Of a DNA stretch of 64,000 nt, positions 51,651 to 64,000 are shown in pieces. A program made the position numbers and the translations under genes. Positions within the stretch are counted from its first letter, which is position 1. Every line of letters begins with the position of its first letter. The notes beneath the pieces are model-generated. The model saw only the letters and a program-made list of their open reading frames with translations, had not been told where the DNA came from and ran no database searches. This DNA comes from Paraphysomonas bandaiensis (taxonomy: Eukaryota; Protista; Chrysophyceae): NCBI GenBank assembly GCA_965644295.1, contig CBFFRP010000052.1, positions 1 to 64,000 on the forward strand. Direction: 5' to 3'.

Positions 51651-54600
51651 TCAAATAAAAAATAACTTCTCCCGAAGTTTAACGCCAGAGTTATCACCAG
51701 ATGTATTGCCTCCTCGGGGTGACTGCACAGGATGGTCTGCTTCCGTAGAGGATGTTTCACGGAAAGGGTCTGTGTTTCTATCATCCGCAGTACCGCCGGT
51801 GTAACCGGATCCTCTGTAATCTAGGCTAATATGTCGACCAGAATCAACCCCCGCGAGATCGATACCGTCCATGGAGTCAGAATCCTCAGTGACCCTGGTG
51901 AACCCGGACTCCGACCTCAAGTAGCTACTTCTGCTTCTTTCGTGATCGTATTCAGTTTGACTTTCAGTGGCATAGTAATCAGCGTCCTGGAATGACCGTG
52001 AGTAGAGGTTGCTACTATCGTCAGGAGAATCGTGGAATTCCTTCTTCGGAACGTTTTGACCAAGCGCATCTTGACTCTCACTCCTGATATTCAACGAGAT
52101 TGCCCCCTCATCGAGGTCTTCAGTACACTCATCCTCGTCATAGTTCTCTTCTTCTTCTGCAATGGGTATAGCAATACCTTCTGGATCCACCGCTGACTGC
52201 GGTAGGGCTGCCGCTGACCGCTTGACATAAACCGGCTTCGGAATACTGTCACTAGGAGACGTCGTGCTCTTCGACTGACTTGACTCACAGTCACTGGGAT
52301 ACATCAGAGCACCTGGCATCGTAATTCCAGATACCACACTTCCCCCGTCGTCAAATGAGAGCTCCATCCCGACCAAGGCACCATCACCACTCTCACTACT
52401 TTCGCGTGGGTCATTGATAGCGGACTTTTTTATCTGACGCCTATCAAGGATATCGCTGCAACAGGTATGCAACCATCGCGAGAAGTTGTCGAAGTCAACC
52501 CTATGTTCAGCGCGGCCAAGTTGGCGTTGCATCTGTCTCTCATTGTCCGCGAAATCTTCTAAGGGGGCAAGTGCCCTATCAACTTCACCCCTACTCAATG
52601 GACCGCCAGCGACGGATACGAAGCCAGATGCCAATACCTCGTCAGCTAATTCCACAATATCATTCACAGACACAGTTGGCACAATCCCAGATTGCATTCC
52701 GTCTAAATCAACACGGCGGGCTGCGTAGGCGTTAAAAAGTTTGCGTAATCCTGCATAGTCGATACTGATTGAGCTTGATCTGAGACGACTAAACATTTCG
52801 ACTGCCCGACTTATACCTTTAGAGGCAGGAGATGATTTTCTTTGCGAAGTTGGACTACTTCTTGTGGAAGTGGGAGATGGAAGAGTGATAACCTGTCGAC
52901 CCTGTGCGTCAACTTTCTTTTCTCTATTCGACGACAAGTCATCAAAACTTTCAGTTTCCACGGTTCCACTGGACATAATCCGCATAATCCTCGGACTGGA
53001 TGTGGGTGTGCTTGGCTCCTGATAGTTCCTGAAGCTATCTGCAGGTCTCAAGCGGCGGAGTACAGAGGGCGACCACGCACTGGCATTCTTCTCGGATCGA
53101 CTGGGCACAACCGGGAATACATCGTCGAAATCGTCCTCTTCCTCTTCCTCTTCTTGCACGACACCCAGCTGGGTACCTTTTCGATAGGCAACACTACCGT
53201 CTCCTTTGTTACTGCTTGAATCGGATGTGATAGTTCGGGCCTCCTGCAGCTGCATAAGTCGTCTACTACGACTGCTGCTTCCACTCGATGACGAGTGATA
53301 AATTCTGAAGAATATCGATTTATCTGATACGGTTTCGGAGTCTCGAGACGAACTGGCACGATTTGAAGAGGTGGAAGACGTCACAGTTCTTTTCCACTTA
53401 CAGCAATACCACTGCAACAATGTAATAATCTCTTGCCACCAGCGTGTTACAGGAGACTCTTTCCACTTTGCCAAAGAAGTTGTCGATGATATAACTCCAA
53501 TGGGTGCCCTTACATTCACATCTACACTTTGCGAGAAAGAACCAATGCGGGACACCTGTGATGTCACAGTAACTGCAGAATGGATATTTCCAGATCCTTC
53601 CTTCTCGAGGGGCTTACACCAATCTTCTTCTTCTTCTTGCTCGTCATCTACCACGTCCCCTTTATCTTGATCGTCAATTGTCGAAAATGAGTTCCAGTTG
53701 TGATTAGTAAGGCTAAACTCACTAGAATAGCACCAATTAATTTTATGCCACGTTTCCTTGACATAGGCATCATCAGCAAGTGGATAACCGAAAGTACTGT
53801 TAAAGCGAAATTTAATATATCGCCATAATGAATGGAGATCAGTTACTTTAGGTTCAGTTGGAGGTAATATAACATTCGATTCCAACGTATTTGCTTCCAC
53901 GGTCTCCTCTACCCTGGCTATGGAGGCCCTCCACGCACCAGTCCCATCCTCGTACACAGCCGCCTCCTCGCGAGCACTGTTTCTCTCATGTTGAATGACA
54001 CAGTAAATCTTCCAGAGGATATAGATGGCAAGGAGTAGATATAAACCAGAGAGTAGGTACGGAGATACTTGCAAAAGGAAATAGTTCGCAAGTAAAAAGC
54101 AGCACCAGGCAACTGGCAACATAAGATCGAGAACAGTCTGCTGAACAACATCGTATGCACCATACAGAAGGCTCGGTATAAAGAGTATTACATAGGCAAT
54201 GACTCCGATGCTTGTTTTTTGACGCATTTCACGGCATCGCTGTACATCGCGATCCTCAAGTAGACTGAGAATGCCCGAGGCCATGAGGTACGACAGTGAC
54301 TTCAGACGTGCCGCCCGACATGCCGGTGATAGGTGCTGCGAAAGTATATTAAGGAATATGCAAATACAAGACAAAACTACCTGAACTACCCGCATATGAC
54401 GATGCGGTTTGTACCCAGTGAGAAGCTTGAGGTGGTACGTCGAACAAAGAACTGTGTAGATCTGTCTAAGTTGATAGCGAATCTTATCCGTGACGTGCAC
54501 ATGCAGAAGATATATTTGGGCAAATGAGTTGACAACAACATCAACGAGCACAATGGTGCACAGTACCAAGGCCCAACTTGTGACGGGCACATTCCCAGAT

Positions 54601-57600
54601 GTTAAAGTCCAGTTCAATATCCAATAGCCCATAAAACCCCACAAACCAAAAACACATGCCCACGCAAAAAACCAATGCCAGAATGGAATCCTTCCTGGTG
54701 ATGCATGGTCCAAATTGAACATATCTTTTTTCACCGCAAACCTGGTTATAGGGGACAACTGTTCCATCACAAAATTCTGCAACAAGATCTGGTCTTTATA
54801 ATCCGTCTGTCCGGCTGCGAATTCTTTAGTTGACGTCTCTTTGTATTTGATCCAAGCTGCACGATTCCTCATCTTCTCGATTTTCCACATCATGTGGCGA
54901 TAGGGAGTGCCGAATAAAAGGATCTCCCTGAATGTTAACGGAGTTGGCGAACCATCAGGAAGTATTCCAAAGCTATTCATCACAGCAAGCATACGGTTGT
55001 ATTCCTTAAGCTTCCTGGCGTCAGAGTCTGCACCGATTTCAGCAGCTGTACTCAAATCAAACGAATCCATAGTTTTATAGAAGTCTCGCATTGTTTTCAC
55101 CGTACTAGAGCGCCATGGTAGTGGCATCACCTTCAATGCATTCTGGAAGTGTTCTTTGGTGGAAGCAATGATCACACTGAGCTCTTCGTCGGGAGTGATT
55201 GAATCACAATAGGCAAACCGATACGGTCTGGCTTGCTCCGGCCACAGATGCTTTTGAGATTCTAAAACTCTCCCCCCAATATCACTGGACTCAACTGACA
55301 CATTTGAGTACGATAAGGCTCCGACATTGCTATCTGTGGTATCATCATAGTCAAAAGTCATCAGACTCTCTTTCGTTAATACAACATCATTACTGCTACC
55401 ACCGGCGGCGGTTACTCCTTTCGCCACAACTGCTTTTTCGGAAACATCACCATAACCATAGATGTCGCGGTTAGAATTTGACGCAGCAGTTTCCCAATCT
55501 TCAGGAAGTGTGCCTAGCACAGCTTTATTGCTCAGGCCAATATCGTGCAAGTTTGGCCGTTTGGCGCACAGCTTTTCTAAGAGAAACTGAATTATTCGCC
55601 GCGGGATTATCGTGAAAACAATAATCAAAATCGCAATGACGACCACGAATTTCATCGACACTGGAGGGGGACGTAGTACGCATTCATCATCGTCCCATTT
55701 ACACAGAGTATTTCCAAGCTCGTACTGCGACTGCCGTGAGAGACAACTGCGCTCAGTTGTACTGGTCTGGCATACATTATTATCTGGGTAGTAGATGCCG
55801 TAGAAAACGGTGTCTGCGAAAATAACACACAGCAAGTCGCTACAAGCCGTTAAAAATCGTATCACGCGAGTATGCTGCATAGAAGGGTAGGTGAATATTC
55901 TGATCCAGACGTGATGTCTCTTCAGGGCCCTCCAAAATCGAGTTAAGAATGGCGGTCGTGATAGCAACGAAGTTGCAGGAAATCTGTTAAAGCTACTCTC
56001 TTGCATTAACTCCCTCTCTTGTGCAGCTTTTACATGGGGATCGATAATGACTTCTTGCGATTGTTGTTCCATAACCGGTTTATGAGATACGAATCCAGGT
56101 TCTTGTTGATACACTCTCTTCTGTGCCAGAACTTTGAGTTCATCGGAAGAACTACCCGTGAAATTACCACTAGAATGCGAACTCATAGCATTTGACGCAC
56201 CAAGCTTCCTCGATGCCTCCATGCTTACCAAAGATACGGAGTCGTTGACACTGTGGGTGTCTCCGTAACTTGTAGAACTCGATCTTTCAGTTGCCTTTTC
56301 TATATAATGCCCGGAAGATGCTTTATTAGCCACATCATTAACTCTGGATGTATAAGATCCGGAGTTAACAGAATCAAAAGTTCGCGAGCTATAAGAATTT
56401 CGGGAGTCATACGTTCTTGTGTCATCATAGGTCCGTGTTTCACCATACGTTCTAGAGCCATCAAAAGTCCTTGTTTCACCATATGTTGATTCATCGTACA
56501 ATGATCGAGAATTGTACGACCGAGACCCTCGAGAATCTTGTATCCTGGAATCCCCGTATGACCGTGTGTCACCATACGTACGCGTATCACCAAAACTTCT
56601 GGAATCATCGTACGTGAAGCTATCAGTCTGACCATAGGATCTTGAATCATCAAATGATCTGGACGACATGCTGGTGCCTCGCGGTTCATGTAGTGCACTC
56701 CTAGTGTTCAGTACTGTCGAATATGAGGTATTGTGCAGATTTGACGTCCGTGGAAGTGACTCGTCCTCAGATTCAAATACTGTATGTAAAGGCGTGCTAA
56801 CAGTGTTTTCAGTACCAACGTTGCCACTTCCGTAACCACTATCCATATGAAAATCATCGGATACAACAATATCATCAGGCTTATATTTTCCCACTCCATC
56901 AGCTGGAGATTCAATAACTTTGTCCGACGTAAACTCATCTGCTGATAGCATGGTATAATTTGATGATCGTTGAGGAAACCCGGTTGAATCTCGACTTTCG
57001 TCTTCAAATTCACCGCTGTCAGCATACCACAAGAACGGGTTCGCCATTGCAAATATGCTGCTACTTGATTTACGCTTAACCTTTCCATCCTCACTTGCCC
57101 TCATGTGGTAATAATCCGTGTCATCCCCATCTTCAGCATCGAAATTCCACTCCAGTGTTGCACCGCGATGGTAGGCAATTCTGGAATTTGGCTCAGTAGC
57201 TGCACTAGCAACCAGTTTAGCACCACTGTATCCCACACCGCGTTCATCAAAGGCGGCACTTAAGTTAAATTTAAACTTTCCTCGCCTAATACGTTCACTG
57301 CGATTGTAAACGAATACCTTCCTGTCCGCTTCATCCCAAGCCCTCAATAACAAAAAACCCATCAACATGAAAAACAAAAATGCTGCAGCAAACGAAATGG
57401 TTCCTGTAGTTGCTCTATCAGCTAGAACCGCAGACTTCACCAGAGCTGCGTCGTCATCAACATCTAGTCCAGTATAGAACGTCTGGGTAGTGCCTTGCAA
57501 ACGTCGAGTAGTAAGTCCGTTCCTAAAATAAAATTCTGCGCTAGGGAAATTGGTGTCTTCTGAAGGCGGATAGAGAACCCTGATTCCCGCAGTTGACGCA

Positions 57601-60600
57601 TCTAGAGGTGCCTTAGGACACAGAGAGTCTAGTACGTTGTCACACCTAATCGTCATATTCGATGGTTCTGAATGCGATATTGAGCAAGAGTCACACTTCC
57701 CGAATGCCCCAGAAGGATACTCATACTGATAGCACGTCCCACTCCCTCCGCCCCAATCCTTTTCTTCAAGAAGCTGGAGGTGAATGTCAAATGGAACAGG
57801 CCCGTCGTCATCCTCGACGAATCGCAGTGAAGATGACGTTGCTGTCGTGAACACAGTGAACAGAGGCGTAATTACCGTATCTAATTGGCGAACTCCAAAA
57901 TAGGGGCTGAATCCCCACTGTATAGCTGTCAACAAAGCATAATCATCAAAATAGCCACATCGATCAATAGAACCATCAAATGACATTTGACTAGGAGGAA
58001 TATTGTAAAAGAGCTCTTCCTCTGTAGACGAGGATGATACCACAGAACCATCTAAGTTGCTGAGATAGTCGTACCGGAAACTCAGTCGAAGGTTCGGGGT
58101 AGCTATATTCACAGAATACTGTCCGGGAATCATATCCATCTGCTCCATATCGACAAAAACACCCAAGGTATACGATAGTTCATCAGTGATACTAGCATAA
58201 TAAGGTGACACCACTGAGTCGGATATAATTCTGATGTAGGAAGTTTTCGAATAGCTTTGTGCGTTCGATACCACAGACACGTCAACGTCTAATATATCAG
58301 CGATTGCGGAAAAGGTCTGAGCGCATCGCTTTAAAGTTCCTGCTGTCACAACATTGTATGGGTCAGTAAGAGTATCCATCACATCCAATAAAAAGTCCAT
58401 ATGTCTGGAATCTGGGAGAATACTAGAGGAATAGTTGACTAAGCCCAAGCACAAGTCATATCGAACTGTGTCCATTGTCTCAAGATACGAATAATCTAAA
58501 TTGCAGTCCTTGCCACCGAATCCCGACCTGCACTTGCATCTAGGAATACAGAATGTGTTTGACACACCACAGTCCGAAACACTCAGGGATATGCCCCTGT
58601 AGTCTGTAAACGTACACGAACCTCGTCCAGAAGCGACGGAGCACTCCGAACCGTCAATCTCACCCAAGGGGCACCTTTTAATTGGCTCCATGCAAAAACC
58701 ACCACTACATACACCGTAGACACACTCTTCATTTCTGCCGCATGGCTCCCCCACGCCCAACACACTGCTGTCTGTGTTTATACAAAGAGCATTGTAGTCA
58801 CCAAATACCCCGGTATAGCCCTCTAGGCAAGGACCGCAGGTATGAGCAGAAGAAAAACATTCATTGCGGTTAAATGCGGAACAATTAGGAGCCAGCGAGC
58901 AGTTCACAAGAGCTTCGCCAGCTACAACGGACGTTGCATGTATGAGGTAATCACCTGCATCAGCTACTTGACCCAAGCTAACGGCCAACAAAAAAGATGT
59001 ACTAGCGGTTGACACTGACTGTATCGGGTCGTCATTAATCGAATTACCATGCAGAGTCACTCCAGTATATGAGGTGGCTATCGAACCAGTAGAATCCATC
59101 ACGTGCACGATGCACGTGACTTCCACATCGTTTGAATCGCTTCGACGGCGAACTTTACCCATGGTTGAGAAAAAAAGGGGCTCAAATTCCATCAACCGAA
59201 TATACTCCACAGGTTCATTACTGTCATAATTTACCGCTTCCTGGTATGAGAATTCATACTGGAGAGGAAAGTCATCAGCATCGTCCGTCCACCCGCCGGC
59301 CTGAAATAGAAATAGCGTTTTCTCCTCGATTCCATAATCGGGGGAAACTGAAAGCGATCCCCCTGTTGGTGGCATGTTACACTTGATGGATACTTCAACA
59401 AAGCTCGACATGGATCCGGAGCTCGCAGTAAGGCGAAAAGTGTAACGCATTCCACCGAGCAAAACATTCCCGTATATACCTAACGGAAATTTGACGCCTG
59501 TATTATCGGATGAATGTTCTGAAAGCAGCTGTCTAGAGGAAGGAGCAATAATAGCGTCTCCCACGTCAGACATATCCACACTGAAACCTGTTATACCACG
59601 AATATAATCCCACGACGCAGAGACATATTCAGCGCTTGTAGATGATATCGTAGCAAATATCTTCGTTTTATGATTAGCCACAGAGGAACCATCCACCCCA
59701 GTATTTTGACAAGCGCCATTTTCAATAAAAACACTCCTTTGACTTTGAGCAGGGATTAACGAGTTATTGGTAGCGAATATTCGAACAGACGATGTCCCAA
59801 CCGATGCGATTCCGTAAGACAAATCTGATTCTGTCAACACAAAATCATACACGCCTCCACTCGTCATTAAGCCCCCAGGAAGAGTGAGAGTAGCAAATTG
59901 CGTCGATATATCTTCGACTCCCCACAGAGAAAAACAATCCATCCCAAAATCTTCCACAGATAAAACAATACAGTCCCAGTTATACTTTCGTGAACTGTCT
60001 TCCGCAGGTGTAGCGGCTTGAGGGTGACCAGCGGTTAACACAAGTGAATCCGACATATTGAAAGACTTCGCTGTTGCACCATCGGAAATCAATGGAAATA
60101 CTGTTCCAATACGACCGTACACAACTACACCACCGGATGCCATCAGCGATGCTCCATTTAAAAGGTGGACCTTGAGGTTACATTCCACACGATAAGCAGC
60201 ACCGATACCAAATACACTCTCGGATACAATGAACTTAGCTGGATCAGGTGATGTTGATAAAATATTCGCAACAGCATCGTCCAAATACACAACCCACGAG
60301 TACTCAACCGTACTGATGTTGGCGTCATACTTATCTGAATAACCGCAAGATAGTATGTCAAAACTTGTGCTGACCATGATATCGTGGTTCTTTCTATTCT
60401 TCGTGTACAGATTATGCGGGTTGTTTATCCTGAACGCCAATGTTTCAGACTCAGCTACAATCTCCACTTGTGAACATTTACTGACCAGAGACGAATTGTA
60501 CACTTGCATGAAATTTTTCAGGCCCAAACATATCGTATAAACCGCAGGATGAAGCAAAGCAGATGGAATGTTAGCTAGAAGTCCAGTGGAGCTATTTCTA

Positions 60601-63600
60601 AGTGTGGCTTCTATTGCTCTTGTCGTGCTATTATCGCTGGCATAAACACTCCACCGAACAGTATGCCAATCCCTTCCACCATGACCAGTAGAGAGAGAAG
60701 CATCAACTTTTACGTCATGACAGGCAGGAACAAATCTAGGCACATAAAGGATAACATCTGGTGTCTGTGGGCGGAAATGTTTTCCTGATTCAATATTGCG
60801 AAGATTGGAAGATCCCACGCCAATAGTAACAGAATTACCAGCTGCGTAAGGATATGCTGAACATCGGCCTACTGAACAGAAAGACCTAACGGTGTTTGCT
60901 CGTAGGGTTATAACATCCCCCACTTGTAAAAGGGGGCTCTCGCTATCCCCATTACCGGGCACAACGCTATATAATTCTGCTACAACGTGAGTCGCGTTCT
61001 CAAACAGACACCGCGCCGAAGCAGCCCCAACAAAATCAAAGATAAGATCACACTGCCAATATCCATCTTCCACTATAATGACACTGGAGGCAAAGTCTGT
61101 GGGGGAATCAAACGTGATATATAATGTCCCGCCAGTCGCAGAAAAGAACACACCATCGCTAGAAAGTGACGGAGCCTTGAATATAATATCTTCATTCTCA
61201 CTCACAATTTCAAGATTTGAAAAGTGGTGCCAGTCTGCGACGAAATCGTCACTACTGGGCCCAGATACTTGAACGGACGGTGAAAAATTCCCCACAGAGC
61301 CATATACAAGAAAAGATCCATCAAGCAGGGATGAATTCGAATCAAAAGATATGAAAGGTGGCGATGTCTGGACACCATTAACAGAATCGTTGAAACGAAG
61401 AGAAACAGTGACAGAATCTGCGGGTGCCGAAGACAAACGGAAATTTACGGAATACATCTTTCTAACTCCTGTATCAAGCATGGCATATGAATCCAACGAG
61501 GAGAATGCATACTTGGGGGAAGGTTTGATTAAACTTACGGTGTGGCAACAAGGTGTTGATATATGACTTTCCACAATGCTGGACAAACCTTCATGATTCC
61601 CGAGAGTATCCTCTGCATAACATTTTACATCATACGTTACCATCGGAGTTAAAAACTCTAAACTAATATTGACCAAGGTAAAACCCGTCAAGTCATCTGT
61701 CACTGGAGTGCTAGAAGAGAACCCTTGAGATTTAATGTCAGCCATTGTTTTCAGTGTCTTCGGTATACCAGGTGTCCTCGTATAAGCCGAGCCAGAAGAG
61801 GCAGCACAATATATCACACCTCCAAATGGTGAGGTGCTGACAGTTGCACATATATCTGCATACGTGGATTGAGTATCACAAGGAGACATAGAAAATATTT
61901 TAGGAACCGATCCACTCACAGTCGGCATGGAAGATGGATAGAATGAAGGAAAAAAAGTGGGACATGTCGGTGGAATAGTAGCTCCCTCCACTGTAGGTGA
62001 TATTGTAGGAGCATTCGTATCACCCTCAACTGTAGGTGATACTGTAGGGGCATTCGTAGCTCCCTCCACAGTCGGTGATACGGTAGGAGATGCTGTAGGT
62101 GCATTCGTAGCACCCTCCACTGTAGGTGATATTGTAGGAGCATTCGTATCACCCTCAACTGTAGGTGATACTGTAGGGGCATTCGTAGCTCCCTCCACTG
62201 TAGGTGATACTGTAGGAGATACTGTAGGGGCATTCGTAGCTCCCTCCACAGTAGGTGAAGCTGTAGGAGATACAGTAGGAGCATTCGTAGCACCCTCCAC
62301 TGTAGGACATACTGTAGGAGATGCTGTAGGTGCATTCGTAGCACCCTCCACTGTAGGTGCTACTGTAGGGGCATTCGTAGCTCCCTCCACAGTAGGTGAT
62401 ACTGTAGGAGATAATGTAGGGACATTCGTAGCACCCTCAACTGTAGGTGCTACTGTAGGAGATAGAGTAGGGGCATTCGTAGCTCCCTCCACTGTAGGTG
62501 ATACTGTAGGGGCATTCGTAGCTCCCTCCACTGTAGGTGATACTGTAGGAGATACTGTAGGGGCATTCGTAGCTCCCTCCACAGTAGGTGAAGCTGTAGG
62601 AGATACAGTAGGAGCATTCGTAGCACCCTCCACTGTAGGACATACTGTAGGAGATGCTGTAGGTGCATTCGTAGCACCCTCCACTGTAGGTGCTACTGTA
62701 GGGGCATTCGTAGCTCCCTCCACAGTAGGTGATACTGTAGGAGATAATGTAGGGACATTCGTAGCACCCTCAACTGTAGGTGCTACTGTAGGAGATAGAG
62801 TAGGGGCATTCGTAGCTCCCTCCACTGTAGGTGATACTGTAGGGGTATTCGTAGCACCCTCCACTGTAGGACATACTGTTGGTGAAGCTGTAGGGGCATT
62901 CGTAGCACCCTCCACAGTAGGTGAAGCTGTAGGAGTTAACGTCGGTGTATTCGTAGCTCCCTCCACTGTAGGTGATACTGTAGGAGATAGAGTAGGGTCA
63001 TTCGTAGCACCCTCCACTGTAGGTGATACTGTAGGGGCATTCGTAGCTCCCTCCACAGTCGGTGATACGGTAGGAGATGCTGTAGGAGCATTCGTAGCAC
63101 CCTCCACTGTAGGTGATACGGTAGGAGATGCTGTAGGTGCATTCGTAGCACCCTCCACAGTCGGTGATGCGGTAGGAGATAGAGTAGGTGCATTCGTAGC
63201 ACCCTCCACTGTAGGTGCTACTGTAGGGGCATTCGTAGCACCCTCCACAGTAGGTGTTACTGTAGGAGATATTGTAGGAGCATTCGTAGCACCCTCCACA
63301 GTCGGTGATACGGTAGGAGATGCTGTAGGAGCATTCGTAGCACCCTCCACTGTAGGTGATACGGTAGGAGATGCTGTAGGTGCATTCGTAGCACCCTCCA
63401 CAGTCGGTGATGCGGTAGGAGATAGAGTAGGTGCATTCGTAGCACCCTCCACTGTAGGTGCTACTGTAGGGGCATTCGTAGCACCCTCCACAGTAGGTGA
63501 TACAGTAGGAGATATTGTAGGGGCATTCGTAGCACCCTCCACAGTCGGTGATACGGTAGGAGATGCTGTAGGTGCATTCGTAGCACCCTCCACTGTAGGT

Positions 63601-64000
63601 GATATTGTAGGAGCATTCGTATCACCCTCCACTGTAGGTGATACTGTAGGGGCATTCGTAGCTCCCTCCACTGTAGGTGATACTGTAGGAGATATTGTAG
63701 GAGCATTCGTAGCACCCTCCACAGTCGGTGATACGGTAGGTGCTACTGTAGGAGAAACTGTAGGAGCATTCGTAGCACCCTCCACTGTAGGTGATACTGT
63801 AGGTGCATTCGTAGCTCCCTCCACTGTAGGTGATATTGTAGGAGCATTCGTAGCTCCCTCCACTGTAGGTGCTACTGTAGGGGCATTCGTAGCTCCCTCC
63901 ACTGTAGGTGATGCTGTAGGAGATATTGTAGGAGCATTCGTAGCTCCCTCCACTGTAGGTGATACGGTAGGTGCTACTGTAGGAGAAACTGTAGGGGCAT
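51651..64000 (-). CDS. Giant polycystin-1/REJ-like cell-surface receptor (>4100 aa; Pro/Thr mucin-like stalk, REJ domain, EGF-like Cys modules, multi-TM region, long disordered tail); 5' end outside the window
   Basis: The ORF is uninterrupted for 12.3 kb. It contains the REJ signature [13 protein letters not shown]...[21 protein letters not shown], the EGF-like segments [25 protein letters not shown] and [12 protein letters not shown], and the PKD1-like [16 protein letters not shown]...TRVIRFL. One probable in-frame 45-nt intron lies near 54336-54380. Confidence 0.88.
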   Translation of the reverse strand, partial: APTVSPTVAPTVSPTVEGATNAPTISPTASPTVEGATNAPTVAPTVEGATNAPTISPTVEGATNAPTVSPTVEGATNAPTVSPTVAPTVSPTVEGATNAPTISPTVSPTVEGATNAPTVSPTVEGDTNAPTISPTVEGATNAPTASPTVSPTVEGATNAPTISPTVSPTVEGATNAPTVAPTVEGATNAPTLSPTASPTVEGATNAPTASPTVSPTVEGATNAPTASPTVSPTVEGATNAPTISPTVTPTVEGATNAPTVAPTVEGATNAPTLSPTASPTVEGATNAPTASPTVSPTVEGATNAPTASPTVSPTVEGATNAPTVSPTVEGATNDPTLSPTVSPTVEGATNTPTLTPTASPTVEGATNAPTASPTVCPTVEGATNTPTVSPTVEGATNAPTLSPTVAPTVEGATNVPTLSPTVSPTVEGATNAPTVAPTVEGATNAPTASPTVCPTVEGATNAPTVSPTASPTVEGATNAPTVSPTVSPTVEGATNAPTVSPTVEGATNAPTLSPTVAPTVEGATNVPTLSPTVSPTVEGATNAPTVAPTVEGATNAPTASPTVCPTVEGATNAPTVSPTASPTVEGATNAPTVSPTVSPTVEGATNAPTVSPTVEGDTNAPTISPTVEGATNAPTASPTVSPTVEGATNAPTVSPTVEGDTNAPTISPTVEGATIPPTCPTFFPSFYPSSMPTVSGSVPKIFSMSPCDTQSTYADICATVSTSPFGGVIYCAASSGSAYTRTPGIPKTLKTMADIKSQGFSSSTPVTDDLTGFTLVNISLEFLTPMVTYDVKCYAEDTLGNHEGLSSIVESHISTPCCHTVSLIKPSPKYAFSSLDSYAMLDTGVRKMYSVNFRLSSAPADSVTVSLRFNDSVNGVQTSPPFISFDSNSSLLDGSFLVYGSVGNFSPSVQVSGPSSDDFVADWHHFSNLEIVSENEDIIFKAPSLSSDGVFFSATGGTLYITFDSPTDFASSVIIVEDGYWQCDLIFDFVGAASARCLFENATHVVAELYSVVPGNGDSESPLLQVGDVITLRANTVRSFCSVGRCSAYPYAAGNSVTIGVGSSNLRNIESGKHFRPQTPDVILYVPRFVPACHDVKVDASLSTGHGGRDWHTVRWSVYASDNSTTRAIEATLRNSSTGLLANIPSALLHPAVYTICLGLKNFMQVYNSSLVSKCSQVEIVAESETLAFRINNPHNLYTKNRKNHDIMVSTSFDILSCGYSDKYDANISTVEYSWVVYLDDAVANILSTSPDPAKFIVSESVFGIGAAYRVECNLKVHLLNGASLMASGGVVVYGRIGTVFPLISDGATAKSFNMSDSLVLTAGHPQAATPAEDSSRKYNWDCIVLSVEDFGMDCFSLWGVEDISTQFATLTLPGGLMTSGGVYDFVLTESDLSYGIASVGTSSVRIFATNNSLIPAQSQRSVFIENGACQNTGVDGSSVANHKTKIFATISSTSAEYVSASWDYIRGITGFSVDMSDVGDAIIAPSSRQLLSEHSSDNTGVKFPLGIYGNVLLGGMRYTFRLTASSGSMSSFVEVSIKCNMPPTGGSLSVSPDYGIEEKTLFLFQAGGWTDDADDFPLQYEFSYQEAVNYDSNEPVEYIRLMEFEPLFFSTMGKVRRRSDSNDVEVTCIVHVMDSTGSIATSYTGVTLHGNSINDDPIQSVSTASTSFLLAVSLGQVADAGDYLIHATSVVAGEALVNCSLAPNCSAFNRNECFSSAHTCGPCLEGYTGVFGDYNALCINTDSSVLGVGEPCGRNEECVYGVCSGGFCMEPIKRCPLGEIDGSECSVASGRGSCTFTDYRGISLSVSDCGVSNTFCIPRCKCRSGFGGKDCNLDYSYLETMDTVRYDLCLGLVNYSSSILPDSRHMDFLLDVMDTLTDPYNVVTAGTLKRCAQTFSAIADILDVDVSVVSNAQSYSKTSYIRIISDSVVSPYYASITDELSYTLGVFVDMEQMDMIPGQYSVNIATPNLRLSFRYDYLSNLDGSVVSSSSTEEELFYNIPPSQMSFDGSIDRCGYFDDYALLTAIQWGFSPYFGVRQLDTVITPLFTVFTTATSSSLRFVEDDDGPVPFDIHLQLLEEKDWGGGSGTCYQYEYPSGAFGKCDSCSISHSEPSNMTIRCDNVLDSLCPKAPLDASTAGIRVLYPPSEDTNFPSAEFYFRNGLTTRRLQGTTQTFYTGLDVDDDAALVKSAVLADRATTGTISFAAAFLFFMLMGFLLLRAWDEADRKVFVYNRSERIRRGKFKFNLSAAFDERGVGYSGAKLVASAATEPNSRIAYHRGATLEWNFDAEDGDDTDYYHMRASEDGKVKRKSSSSIFAMANPFLWYADSGEFEDESRDSTGFPQRSSNYTMLSADEFTSDKVIESPADGVGKYKPDDIVVSDDFHMDSGYGSGNVGTENTVSTPLHTVFESEDESLPRTSNLHNTSYSTVLNTRSALHEPRGTSMSSRSFDDSRSYGQTDSFTYDDSRSFGDTRTYGDTRSYGDSRIQDSRGSRSYNSRSLYDESTYGETRTFDGSRTYGETRTYDDTRTYDSRNSYSSRTFDSVNSGSYTSRVNDVANKASSGHYIEKATERSSSTSYGDTHSVNDSVSLVSMEASRKLGASNAMSSHSSGNFTGSSSDELKVLAQKRVYQQEPGFVSHKPVMEQQSQEVIIDPHVKAAQERELMQESSFNRFPATSLLSRPPFLTRFWRALKRHHVWIRIFTYPSMQHTRVIRFLTACSDLLCVIFADTVFYGIYYPDNNVCQTSTTERSCLSRQSQYELGNTLCKWDDDECVLRPPPVSMKFVVVIAILIIVFTIIPRRIIQFLLEKLCAKRPNLHDIGLSNKAVLGTLPEDWETAASNSNRDIYGYGDVSEKAVVAKGVTAAGGSSNDVVLTKESLMTFDYDDTTDSNVGALSYSNVSVESSDIGGRVLESQKHLWPEQARPYRFAYCDSITPDEELSVIIASTKEHFQNALKVMPLPWRSSTVKTMRDFYKTMDSFDLSTAAEIGADSDARKLKEYNRMLAVMNSFGILPDGSPTPLTFREILLFGTPYRHMMWKIEKMRNRAAWIKYKETSTKEFAAGQTDYKDQILLQNFVMEQLSPITRFAVKKDMFNLDHASPGRIPFWHWFFAWACVFGLWGFMGYWILNWTLTSGNVPVTSWALVLCTIVLVDVVVNSFAQIYLLHVHVTDKIRYQLRQIYTVLCSTYHLKLLTGYKPHRHMRVVQVVLSCICIFLNILSQHLSPACRAARLKSLSYLMASGILSLLEDRDVQRCREMRQKTSIGVIAYVILFIPSLLYGAYDVVQQTVLDLMLPVAWCCFLLANYFLLQVSPYLLSGLYLLLAIYILWKIYCVIQHERNSAREEAAVYEDGTGAWRASIARVEETVEANTLESNVILPPTEPKVTDLHSLWRYIKFRFNSTFGYPLADDAYVKETWHKINWCYSSEFSLTNHNWNSFSTIDDQDKGDVVDDEQEEEEDWCKPLEKEGSGNIHSAVTVTSQVSRIGSFSQSVDVNVRAPIGVISSTTSLAKWKESPVTRWWQEIITLLQWYCCKWKRTVTSSTSSNRASSSRDSETVSDKSIFFRIYHSSSSGSSSRSRRLMQLQEARTITSDSSSNKGDGSVAYRKGTQLGVVQEEEEEEDDFDDVFPVVPSRSEKNASAWSPSVLRRLRPADSFRNYQEPSTPTSSPRIMRIMSSGTVETESFDDLSSNREKKVDAQGRQVITLPSPTSTRSSPTSQRKSSPASKGISRAVEMFSRLRSSSISIDYAGLRKLFNAYAARRVDLDGMQSGIVPTVSVNDIVELADEVLASGFVSVAGGPLSRGEVDRALAPLEDFADNERQMQRQLGRAEHRVDFDNFSRWLHTCCSDILDRRQIKKSAINDPRESSESGDGALVGMELSFDDGGSVVSGITMPGALMYPSDCESSQSKSTTSPSDSIPKPVYVKRSAAALPQSAVDPEGIAIPIAEEEENYDEDECTEDLDEGAISLNIRSESQDALGQNVPKKEFHDSPDDSSNLYSRSFQDADYYATESQTEYDHERSRSSYLRSESGFTRVTEDSDSMDGIDLAGVDSGRHISLDYRGSGYTGGTADDRNTDPFRETSSTEADHPVQSPRGGNTSGDNSGVKLREKLFFI
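61962..64000 (-). repeat. Coding minisatellite: 39/51-nt units encoding VEGATNAPT(xSPT)1-2, with higher-order 333-nt and 243-nt duplications
   Basis: Marker ATAATG recurs at 62411 and 62744 (333 nt apart). Marker GATGCGG recurs at 63166 and 63409 (243 nt apart). Confidence 0.97.

Overview
Eukaryotic nuclear DNA from a compact protist genome. It has short (about 40-130 nt) GT-AG introns, genes often arranged head-to-head, and (TATG)n microsatellites. The gene complement suggests a stramenopile such as a chrysophyte or other ochrophyte, but that is inference. Supported genes are RPB7, a cyclin, RanGAP, a DNAJC21/Jjj1-type J-protein, ATG18/WIPI, a membrane-anchored JmjC oxygenase, a WW-domain protein and an RsuA/RluB-type pseudouridine synthase. 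A mitoribosomal mS45/Bot1-like gene is probable. Three large membrane proteins stand out: a roughly 1900-aa polytopic protein built from about 15 D-x(15-17)-R hydrophobic repeats, a two-domain BacNav/CatSper-like channel with C-terminal EF-hands, and a >4100-aa mucin-stalk/REJ/EGF polycystin-1-like receptor that runs off the window end. The AT-rich intergenic tracts hold a defective hAT transposon (TIRs, 8-bp TSD) with a nested foldback, at least four dispersed repeat families, and a decayed intronless RNA polymerase large-subunit fragment that looks like a giant-virus relic. Homopolymer indels in the first 3.4 kb are probably consensus errors. All calls come from reading the sequence; no searches were run.
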